Of a stretch of DNA of 32,000 bases, positions 16,721-25,654 are shown in pieces. Where the stretch lies: the NCBI RefSeq assembly GCF_001457615.1, contig NZ_LN831024.1, forward strand, positions 1,410,001 through 1,442,000, in the 5' to 3' direction. Every line of letters begins with the position of its first letter. Within the stretch, counting starts at the first letter, position 1. A program made the position numbers and the translations under genes. The notes beneath the pieces are model-generated. The model saw only the letters and a program-made list of their open reading frames with translations. It searched no databases and was not told the DNA's origin. Source of the stretch: Pseudomonas aeruginosa. GTDB taxonomy: Bacteria; Pseudomonadota; Gammaproteobacteria; Pseudomonadales; Pseudomonadaceae.

Positions 16721-17629
16721 TCAGCGCAGGTTTTTCTCCCCGGCGAGTCCCGGATGGGATTGCGCCAGGCCTTCCTTGAGATAGTCCACCAGTTGCCTGA
16801 CTTTCGGCGACAGGTGCCGCTGCTGCGGGTACAGCGCCCATACCGCGGTATTCGGCGGCTGGTGGCCTTCCAGCAGGGAGACCAGGCGGCCGCTGCGCAG
16901 ATACTCGATCACATAGTAGTCGGGCAGCTGGCACAGGCCGAAGCCGCGCAGGGCGGCGTCGAGCACCGCCTGGCCGCTGTTGCAGCGCCAGTTGCCCTGG
17001 ACCCGGTGCTGGGTTTCCCGGCCGTCCTCGAGGAAGCTCCACAGGTCGCTGCTGCCGATCAGGCAGTTGAACTGGCCGAGTTCCGCCGGCGACTGCGGAG
17101 TGCCGTGGCGGCGCAGGTATTCCGGCGTGGCGCAGAGGTACATGACGCGTGGCGCCAACCGTGTGGCGACCAATCGCGAATCGCTCAGGCGGCCGAGGCG
17201 GATGGCCAGGTCGAAGCCCTCGTGGAGCAGGTCCAACTGGCGGTTGGACAGCTCGATGTCGACCCGCAGTTGCGGATAGTCGGCCATGAAGGCATTCACC
17301 AGCGGCACGATGAAACGTTCGCCGTAGGCAACCGCGCAGGTCATGCGCAGCAGGCCCTTGGGCTCCGCGGAGAGGTCGCTGACCGCGCGCAGGGCTTCGT
17401 CGCGGGCGTCCTGCAGGCGCTGGCAATGTTGCAGGAAGGTCTGTCCGGCTTCGCTCAGCGACACTCGCCGGGTGCTGCGGTAGAGCAGGCGGGTCTGCAG
17501 GCGCTCCTCCAGGCGGGCGACCTGGCGGCTGATGTGCGACGAGGAAACGCCCATGCGTTCGGCTGCCGCGGTGAACTGCCCGGTTTCGGCGACAGCGACG
17601 AATTCGTCGAGTCCTTCCCAGCGATTCAT
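16721..17629 (-). CDS. gfnR: LysR-family transcriptional regulator (formaldehyde-detoxification regulator GfnR by position)
   Basis: 302-aa ORF with an N-terminal wHTH (FVAVAETGQFTAAAERMGVSSSHISRQVARLEERL). It is divergent from adhC-fghA. The symbol is assigned from my recollection of the PAO1 locus. Confidence 0.85.
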   Translation of the reverse strand: MNRWEGLDEFVAVAETGQFTAAAERMGVSSSHISRQVARLEERLQTRLLYRSTRRVSLSEAGQTFLQHCQRLQDARDEALRAVSDLSAEPKGLLRMTCAVAYGERFIVPLVNAFMADYPQLRVDIELSNRQLDLLHEGFDLAIRLGRLSDSRLVATRLAPRVMYLCATPEYLRRHGTPQSPAELGQFNCLIGSSDLWSFLEDGRETQHRVQGNWRCNSGQAVLDAALRGFGLCQLPDYYVIEYLRSGRLVSLLEGHQPPNTAVWALYPQQRHLSPKVRQLVDYLKEGLAQSHPGLAGEKNLR

Positions 17630-17646
17630 CTGGATTGTCCCTGTAT

Positions 17647-18873
<1,227 letters not shown>

Positions 18874-18926
18874 CAAGCCGTCGCGGCGGGCCCTGCGGCT
18901 CGCCACGACCGTTTCACGGAGGTCAC

Positions 18927-19778
18927 GTGAAGGATTCCCTCGAACTGATCGGCAGCCAGAAGACCTTCGGCGGCTGGCACCAGCGTTACCGTCATTTTTC
19001 CCGGACCCTGAACTGCGAGATGGTCTTCGCCATCTACCTGCCGCCCCAGGCCGAGCCGGAGGCGGCGCTGCCGGCCCTGTACTGGCTGTCCGGGCTGACC
19101 TGTACCGACGAGAACTTCATGCAGAAGGCCGGCGCCCAGCGGGTCGCCGCCGAACTGGGATTGGTACTGGTGGCGCCGGATACCAGCCCGCGCGGCAGCG
19201 GTGTCCCCGGCGATCCCGACGGCGCCTGGGACTTCGGCCTGGGCGCAGGCTTCTACCTGAACGCCACGCAGGAGCCCTGGGCCGCGCACTACCGCATGCA
19301 CGACTACGTGGTGCACGAGTTGCCGGCGCTGATCGAGGCGCATTTCCCGGTGTCCCGGCGGCGCGGCATCAGCGGGCACTCGATGGGTGGGCATGGCGCG
19401 CTGGTTTGCGCGCTGCGCAACCCGGGGCGCTACCTGTCGCTGTCGGCCTTCGCGCCGATCTGCCATCCGAGCGATTGTCCCTGGGGCCAGAAGGCGTTCT
19501 CCCGCTACCTGGGCGAGGACCCGGCGGCCTGGCGCGAGTGGGATGCCTGTGCGTTGCTCGAGGGTGCGTCCGAACGCTTGCCGATCCTGGTCGACCAGGG
19601 CGAGCGCGACGACTTCCTCGCCGTCCAGCTCAAGCCGGAAGCGCTACGCAATGCGGCGGACAAGGCCGGCCACCCGCTGGAGCTGCGTCTGCAACCAGGC
19701 TACGACCACAGCTACTACTTCATCGCCAGTTTCATCGAGGATCACCTGCGCCATCATGCCGGGGTTCTCAACGGTTGA
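18927..19778 (+). CDS. fghA: S-formylglutathione hydrolase (esterase D family)
   Basis: The 283-aa reading starts at GTG 18927, with GGAGG 5 nt upstream. It has the serine hydrolase motif GHSMGGHGA and [13 protein letters not shown], typical of FghA/FrmB. The track merges it into a spurious 614-aa ORF. Confidence 0.92.
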   Translation: MKDSLELIGSQKTFGGWHQRYRHFSRTLNCEMVFAIYLPPQAEPEAALPALYWLSGLTCTDENFMQKAGAQRVAAELGLVLVAPDTSPRGSGVPGDPDGAWDFGLGAGFYLNATQEPWAAHYRMHDYVVHELPALIEAHFPVSRRRGISGHSMGGHGALVCALRNPGRYLSLSAFAPICHPSDCPWGQKAFSRYLGEDPAAWREWDACALLEGASERLPILVDQGERDDFLAVQLKPEALRNAADKAGHPLELRLQPGYDHSYYFIASFIEDHLRHHAGVLNG

Positions 19779-19818
19779 TCCGCGATACCTGAAGCCTGTC
19801 CCGATCCGGGGTAGAATC

Positions 19819-19847
19819 ACGCCCTGATTCCAACCAGGGCGTTTTTT
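19819..19847 (+). terminator. rho-independent terminator after fghA, ending 2 nt before the ispF ATG
   Basis: 8-bp stem ACGCCCTG (19819-19826) / CAGGGCGT (19835-19842) with an 8-nt loop. The T6 run ends at 19847. Confidence 0.7.
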
Positions 19848-19848
19848 C

Positions 19849-20322
19849 ATGCGAATTGGCCATGGCTACGACGTGCATCGCTTCGGCGAGGGCGACTTCA
19901 TCACCCTCGGCGGCGTGCGCATTCCCCACAAACATGGGCTGGTCGCCCACTCCGACGGCGACGTGCTGCTGCACGCCTTGTCCGATGCGCTACTCGGCGC
20001 GGCGGCGCTGGGCGACATCGGCAAGCACTTCCCGGACACCGACCCGCGGTTCAAGGGCGCCGACAGTCGCGCGCTGCTGCGACACGTGGTCGCCATCGTC
20101 GCCGAGAAGGGCTGGAAGGTCGGCAACGTCGACGCCACCATCGTCGCCCAGGCGCCGAAGATGGCGCCGCACATCGAGACCATGCGCGGGTTGATCGCCG
20201 AGGACCTCGGCGTCGCGGTCGACCAGGTCAACGTCAAGGCCACCACTACCGAGCGGCTAGGTTTCACCGGACGCGAAGAGGGCATTGCTGTACATGCGGT
20301 CGCTTTGCTGATGGCCCGATGA
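19849..20322 (+). CDS. ispF: 2-C-methyl-D-erythritol 2,4-cyclodiphosphate synthase
   Basis: 157-aa ORF beginning [12 protein letters not shown], with the [12 protein letters not shown] motif. Confidence 0.96.
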   Translation: MRIGHGYDVHRFGEGDFITLGGVRIPHKHGLVAHSDGDVLLHALSDALLGAAALGDIGKHFPDTDPRFKGADSRALLRHVVAIVAEKGWKVGNVDATIVAQAPKMAPHIETMRGLIAEDLGVAVDQVNVKATTTERLGFTGREEGIAVHAVALLMAR

Positions 20323-21386
20323 GCGTTCTCGGCGAACTCGACCTGCTCGGGCCGCGCGCCCATGGGGCAGCCTGCGGCGAGGCGGTGCTCAAGGCCGTGG
20401 CCGAGGACTTCCAGGTCGACGAGGTGCTGGACATTCCCCTCAGCGGTGAAGGCGAGCACCTCTGGTTGTGGGTGGAAAAGCGCGGATTGAACACCGAGGA
20501 GGCGGCCCGTCGCCTCGGCCGCGCCGCCGGCGTGCAGCAGAAGAACGTCAGCTACGCCGGGTTGAAGGACCGCCAGGCCCTGACCCGGCAATGGTTCAGC
20601 CTGCACCTGCCGGGCAAGGCCGATCCCGACCTGGGCGCAGCCGAGGGCGCGGACCTGCGGATTCTTCGCCGCACCCGTCATTCGCGCAAGTTGCAGCGAG
20701 GCGCGCATGCCGCCAACGGCTTCACCCTGCGTCTGACCGGGCTGCGGGCGGAGCGTGCCGTTCTCGACGCGCGCTTGGAACGTATCGCCGCGGACGGCGT
20801 GCCCAACTATTTCGGCCTGCAACGCTTCGGCCACGGCGGCGGCAACCTGGTCGACGCGCGCAGTTGCGCGGAACAGGACCTGCTGCCGGCAAACCGCAAC
20901 CTGCGTTCGCGCTTCCTTTCCGCCGGGCGCAGCTACCTGTTCAATCGCCTGCTCGCCGAGCGGGTCGCGGAGGGTAGCTGGAACCGGGCAGCGGTCGGCG
21001 ACCTGCTGGCCTTCACCGACAGCCGCAGCTTTTTCCTCGCTGGCGAGGAAGAATGCCGCGATGCCCGTCTGGCCGCCCTCGACCTGCACCCCACCGGACC
21101 GCTCTGGGGCGAGGGCGATCCGCCGAGCGGCGCCGGCGTCCTCGAACGCGAGCTGGCCCTGGCCGGGAGCGAGCCGGCGCTCTGCCGCTGGCTGGCGAAG
21201 GCGGGCATGGCGCACGAACGGCGCATCCTGCGGCTCCCCATCCAGGGGCTGGCGTGGCATTATCCCGAACCTGATGTTCTGCAACTGGAATTCGTCCTGC
21301 CGGCCGGTTGTTTCGCCACCGTAGTGGTGCGTGAAATCCTCGACCTGGTACCGACAGGGCAGACGGAAAACCCATGCGCATACTGA
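20319..21386 (+). CDS. truD: tRNA pseudouridine(13) synthase
   Basis: 355-aa ORF with YAGLKDRQA (catalytic Asp motif of the TruD family). ATGA 4-nt overlap with ispF. Confidence 0.92.
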
Positions 21387-22123
21387 TTGCCAACGACGAC
21401 GGGGTGACCGCACCCGGTATCGCCGCGCTTTACGACGCGCTGGCGGATCATGCCGATTGCGTAGTGATCGCCCCCGACCAGGACAAGAGCGGCGCCAGCA
21501 GTTCCCTGACGCTGGACCGCCCGCTGCACCCGCAGCGCCTGGACAACGGATTCATCAGCCTCAACGGCACGCCGACCGACTGCGTGCACCTGGGCCTGAA
21601 CGGCTTGCTGGAGGAATTGCCGGACATGGTGGTCTCGGGTATCAACCTGGGCGCCAACCTCGGCGATGACGTCCTCTATTCCGGTACCGTGGCGGCGGCC
21701 ATCGAAGGGCGCTTCCTGAAGGGGCCGGCCTTCGCCTTCTCGCTGGTCTCGCGGTTGACGGACAACCTGCCCACCGCCATGCACTTCGCCCGCCTGCTGG
21801 TCTCCGCCCACGAGCGCCTGGCCGTGCCGCCGCGTACCGTGCTCAACGTCAATATCCCGAACCTGCCGTTGGATCGCGTACGTGGTATCCAACTGACCCG
21901 CCTCGGGCACCGCGCCCGTGCCGCCGCACCGGTGAAGGTGGTCAATCCGCGCGGCAAGGAAGGCTACTGGATCGCCGCGGCCGGCGATGCCGAGGATGGC
22001 GGGCCGGGGACGGATTTCCACGCGGTCATGCAAGGCTACGTGTCGATCACTCCGTTGCAGCTGGACCGTACCTTCCACGAAGCCTTCGGCGGCCTCGACG
22101 AGTGGCTGGGAGGACTGACGTGA
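21374..22123 (+). CDS. surE: 5'/3'-nucleotidase SurE
   Basis: 249-aa ORF beginning [16 protein letters not shown], the SurE N-terminal signature. It overlaps the truD 3' end by 13 nt. Confidence 0.95.
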
Positions 22124-22155
22124 TGTCCGAAGACCTGCATCGCCGGGGTATCGGC

Positions 22156-22790
22156 ATGACCTCCCAGCGTACCCGAGAGCGCCTGATCCAGCGCCTGTAC
22201 GAAGAAGGCCTGTCCAACGCCCACGTGCTCGAGGTGATCCGCCGCACGCCGCGTCATCTGTTCGTCGACGAGGCGCTCTCGCATCGCGCCTACGAAGACA
22301 CCGCCCTGCCGATCGGCCACAACCAGACCATTTCCCAGCCGTTCATGGTGGCGCGGATGACCGAGTTGCTGCTGGCGGCCGGCCCGCTGGACAAGGTCAT
22401 GGAGATCGGTACCGGGTCCGGCTACCAGACCGCGGTGCTGGCGCAACTGGTCGAGCGGGTCTTCTCCGTCGAGCGGATCCAGGCGTTGCAGGACAAGGCC
22501 AAGGAGCGTCTTGCGGAGCTAAACCTGCGTAATGTTGTCTTTCGTTGGGGCGATGGTTGGGAAGGCTGGTCGGCGTTGGCTCCCTACAATGGAATCATCG
22601 TCACCGCGGCGGCCACGGAAGTCCCGCAGTCGTTGCTGGACCAGTTGGCCCCGGGGGCCGTCTGGTGATCCCGGTCGGTGGCGGCGAGGTCCAGCAACTG
22701 ATGCTGATCGTCCGCACCGAGGACGGGTTCAGCCGCCAGGTACTCGACTCGGTACGTTTCGTCCCGCTGCTCAACGGCCCGATCGCCTGA
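22156..22790 (+). pseudogene. pcm: protein-L-isoaspartate O-methyltransferase, reading frame broken by a 1-nt deficit at G-run 22653-22657
   Basis: [14 protein letters not shown]... with the SAM-binding motif [16 protein letters not shown] reads to ...LLDQLAPG. It then hits TGA at 22666-22668 after 3 aberrant codons. The conserved C-terminus ([25 protein letters not shown]...[10 protein letters not shown]) continues in the adjacent frame to 22790. Adding one G restores 211 aa. Confidence 0.9.
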
Positions 22791-22835
22791 GCCGGCGGCC
22801 GGCGTCGCCGGCCCGATTGAACGAAAGCGAAGAAG

Positions 22836-23729
22836 ATGGATAAGGGGGAAGGATTGAGGCTAGCAGCGACCCTGCGGCAATGGACTCGGCTCTATGGTGG
22901 CTGCCACCTGTTGCTTGGGGCCGTCGTCTGTTCCCTTCTCGCCGCCTGTTCGTCGTCGCCTCCCGGCGGGGTCAAGGTCGTCGATCGCAACGGTTCCGCG
23001 CCTGCCGCTGCGCGGCGTACGCCGGTCACCAGCGGGCAGTACATCGTACGCCGCGGCGACACCCTGTATTCCATTGCCTTCCGCTTCGGCTGGGACTGGA
23101 AAGCCCTGGCCGCGCGCAATGGCATCGCGCCGCCCTATACCATCCAGGTCGGTCAAGCTATCCAATTTGGTGGGCGGGCATCGGCGCAACCGTCCGTCGC
23201 GAAAAACACGCCGGTCGTCGCTGCGCCCGTGGCGACCAAGCCTACCCCGGTTCCACCCGCAGTTAGTACGTCGGTACCTGCCAAGCCCGCACCGGCTCCG
23301 GCCTCGACCACGACCCCACCCAGCAGCGGCGCGACTCCCGTCGTCGCGGGGCCTGCGGTGGGGGGGTGGGCATGGCCCGCGAGCGGTACTCTGATCGGCC
23401 GTTTTGCCTCAAACGGAAGTTTGAATAAAGGGATTGATATAGCCGGTCAATTGGGCCAGCCTGTCCTGGCTGCGTCTGGTGGGACCGTTGTATACGCCGG
23501 TAGTGGTTTGCGGGGCTACGGCGAGTTGGTCATCATCAAACACAACGAGACCTACGTGAGTGCCTACGGTCACAACCGCAGGCTGCTGGTGCGGGAAGGG
23601 CAACAGGTCAAGGTAGGGCAATCGATTGCCGAGATGGGCTCCACAGGAACCGATCGGGTGAAGCTGCACTTCGAGATTCGCCGCCAGGGTAAGCCTGTCG
23701 ATCCACTGCAATATTTGCCACGTCGCTGA
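22836..23729 (+). CDS. nlpD: LysM-domain / M23-family murein hydrolase activator lipoprotein NlpD
   Basis: 297-aa ORF with a lipobox LLAAC, a LysM domain (YIVRRGDTLYSIAFRFG...IQVGQAIQF), a Pro/Ala/Thr-rich linker, and a C-terminal M23 domain (GIDIAG..., HNRRLLV, LHFEIR). The exact start is uncertain; TTG 22854 is possible. Confidence 0.9.
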   Translation: MDKGEGLRLAATLRQWTRLYGGCHLLLGAVVCSLLAACSSSPPGGVKVVDRNGSAPAAARRTPVTSGQYIVRRGDTLYSIAFRFGWDWKALAARNGIAPPYTIQVGQAIQFGGRASAQPSVAKNTPVVAAPVATKPTPVPPAVSTSVPAKPAPAPASTTTPPSSGATPVVAGPAVGGWAWPASGTLIGRFASNGSLNKGIDIAGQLGQPVLAASGGTVVYAGSGLRGYGELVIIKHNETYVSAYGHNRRLLVREGQQVKVGQSIAEMGSTGTDRVKLHFEIRRQGKPVDPLQYLPRR

Positions 23730-23833
23730 CCGGGAGTTCGCCCGCCCACATCATGTAGGTGAGCGGGTCCGGGCGTGTCCAGCGGGAAAGGAATCGCCCG
23801 GGCTTGAGTCGAACTCATGCAAGGGATAACGAC

Positions 23834-24838
23834 ATGGCACTCAAAAAAGAAGGGCCGGAGTTTGACCACGATGATGAAGTGCTCCTCCTGGAGCCCGGCA
23901 TCATGCTGGACGAGTCGTCTGCCGACGAGCAGCCTTCTCCCCGGGCAACTCCAAAAGCCACCACTTCCTTCTCTTCCAAACAACACAAGCACATCGACTA
24001 CACGCGCGCGTTGGACGCAACGCAGCTGTATCTCAACGAAATCGGTTTCTCGCCCCTGTTGACGCCCGAAGAGGAAGTCCACTTCGCTCGTCTGGCGCAG
24101 AAGGGCGATCCCGCTGGTCGGAAGCGGATGATCGAGAGCAACCTGCGGTTGGTGGTGAAGATCGCCCGGCGCTATGTCAATCGCGGACTGTCCCTGCTCG
24201 ACCTGATCGAGGAAGGCAACCTAGGCCTGATCCGCGCCGTGGAGAAGTTCGATCCGGAGCGCGGATTCCGGTTCTCGACCTACGCCACCTGGTGGATCCG
24301 CCAGACCATCGAACGGGCCATCATGAACCAGACCCGGACCATTCGCTTGCCGATCCATGTGGTCAAGGAGCTCAACGTCTACCTGCGTGCGGCGCGGGAA
24401 CTGACCCACAAGCTCGACCACGAACCTTCCCCCGAAGAAATCGCCAACCTGCTGGAGAAGCCGGTCGCCGAGGTCAAGCGCATGCTCGGCCTGAACGAAC
24501 GGGTGACTTCGGTAGACGTCTCTCTTGGTCCGGACTCGGACAAGACCCTGCTGGATACGCTCACCGACGATCGCCCCACCGATCCGTGCGAGCTGCTGCA
24601 GGATGACGATCTCAGCGAAAGCATCGACCAGTGGCTGACGGAACTCACCGACAAGCAGCGTGAGGTGGTGATTCGCCGCTTCGGCTTGCGCGGTCACGAA
24701 AGCAGCACGCTGGAAGAGGTCGGCCAGGAAATCGGCCTGACCCGCGAGCGGGTTCGTCAGATCCAGGTCGAGGCGCTGAAGCGCCTGCGGGAGATCCTGG
24801 AGAAGAATGGCCTGTCGAGTGACGCGCTGTTCCAGTGA
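23834..24838 (+). CDS. rpoS: stationary-phase RNA polymerase sigma factor RpoS
   Basis: The 334-aa reading from ATG 23834 ([15 protein letters not shown]...) has sigma-70 region 2 ([17 protein letters not shown]) and region 4.2 ([19 protein letters not shown]). It lies downstream of nlpD, as in enterics and pseudomonads. Confidence 0.96.
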   Translation: MALKKEGPEFDHDDEVLLLEPGIMLDESSADEQPSPRATPKATTSFSSKQHKHIDYTRALDATQLYLNEIGFSPLLTPEEEVHFARLAQKGDPAGRKRMIESNLRLVVKIARRYVNRGLSLLDLIEEGNLGLIRAVEKFDPERGFRFSTYATWWIRQTIERAIMNQTRTIRLPIHVVKELNVYLRAARELTHKLDHEPSPEEIANLLEKPVAEVKRMLGLNERVTSVDVSLGPDSDKTLLDTLTDDRPTDPCELLQDDDLSESIDQWLTELTDKQREVVIRRFGLRGHESSTLEEVGQEIGLTRERVRQIQVEALKRLREILEKNGLSSDALFQ

Positions 24839-24863
24839 CGGAAAACCTTAGACCCACTGAAGA

Positions 24864-24886
24864 CCCGGCGTTCGCCGGGTTTTTTG
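24864..24886 (+). terminator. rpoS rho-independent terminator
   Basis: Stem CCCGGCG (24864-24870) / CGCCGGG (24873-24879) followed by TTTTTTG. Confidence 0.8.
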
Positions 24887-24896
24887 TGTCTGCTCT

Positions 24897-24914
24897 TGTA
24901 AGCATTAACTTACA
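24897..24914. promoter_or_regulatory. GacA-binding upstream activating sequence of rsmZ
   Basis: Palindrome TGTAAGCATTAACTTACA matches the TGTAAG-N6-CTTACA GacA box. It sits about 190 nt upstream of the rsmZ 5' end. An A/T-rich spacer (about 24940-25015) and a TAATAT -10 element (25075-25080) lie between them. Confidence 0.85.
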
Positions 24915-25088
24915 CGGCGTGTGAGCCTAAGTAGATAAATGCCCGGGAGGTTTGCCAAAAACGCTCGGTGAATTTAAGTAACTTATTGAAATTAAAGGAA
25001 TATATTTTTCTAAAATGGCTGCCGAAGAAGCTTCGCTGGGTTTTCTGGCAGGTTGCGGGTGCACAGGGAATCGCTAATATCACTCCTG

Positions 25089-25207
25089 CGTACAGGGAAC
25101 ACGCAACCCCGAAGGATCGGGGAAGGGACGTCGCCAGGGAGGCGATTCATCAGGATGATGACGAGGGACTGAAGAGTGGGCGGGGTAATACCCCGCCCCT
25201 TTTTTTT
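25089..25207 (+). ncRNA. rsmZ: RsmA/RsmN-sequestering small RNA RsmZ
   Basis: The sequence CGTACAGGGAACACGCAACCCCGAAGGATCGGGGAAGGGACG... matches my memory of P. aeruginosa rsmZ. I count 7 GGA motifs. It ends in terminator GGGCGGGG-TAATA-CCCCGCCC plus a T8 run (25200-25207). The ends are accurate to within a few nt. Confidence 0.9.
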
Positions 25208-25230
25208 GCCTGCCGTTTTACTCGTCGCCA

Positions 25231-25256
25231 AAGAAAAGGCCCGCTGATTGCGGGCC
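25231..25256 (-). terminator. fdxA rho-independent terminator
   Basis: Stem GGCCCGC (25238-25244) / GCGGGCC (25250-25256). On the minus strand it is followed by TTTTCTT (complement of 25231-25237). Confidence 0.7.
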
Positions 25257-25264
25257 TTGGCGTA

Positions 25265-25588
25265 TCAGCGCTCCAGATGCTGGAGCTTGCCGGCGACGCC
25301 GTCCCATTCCTCGGCGTCGGGCAGGGCATCCTTCTTCTCGGTGATATTCGGCCAGACTTCCGCCAGCTCGCTGTTCAGCTCGATGAATTCCTGCATGTTC
25401 TCCGGCACTTCGTCTTCGGAGAAAATCGCCTGGGCCGGACATTCGGGCTCGCACAGGGCGCAGTCGATGCACTCGTCCGGATGGATGACCAGGAAGTTGG
25501 GTCCTTCGTAGAAGCAGTCTACCGGGCAGACTTCCACGCAGTCGGTGTATTTGCACTTGATGCAGTTGTCGGTGACGACGAAGGTCAT
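25265..25588 (-). CDS. fdxA: 7Fe ferredoxin I (Azotobacter type)
   Basis: 107-aa ORF with the Cys clusters [14 protein letters not shown] and [20 protein letters not shown] Shine-Dalgarno lies upstream. Confidence 0.95.
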   Translation of the reverse strand: MTFVVTDNCIKCKYTDCVEVCPVDCFYEGPNFLVIHPDECIDCALCEPECPAQAIFSEDEVPENMQEFIELNSELAEVWPNITEKKDALPDAEEWDGVAGKLQHLER

Positions 25589-25654
25589 TTTCTAGTTCTC
25601 TCCTCAGGCGGGCGGCTAAGCGCGCGCGATTCTAGCAGCTTGTGCGGTAGTCCG

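Noticed and set aside
23180-23345. Repetitive Pro/Ala/Thr/Val-rich coding stretch in nlpD that looks like a tandem repeat
   Set aside because: It is a low-complexity interdomain linker between the LysM and M23 domains, with no exact nucleotide tandem repeat unit. This is a common feature of NlpD-family lipoproteins.
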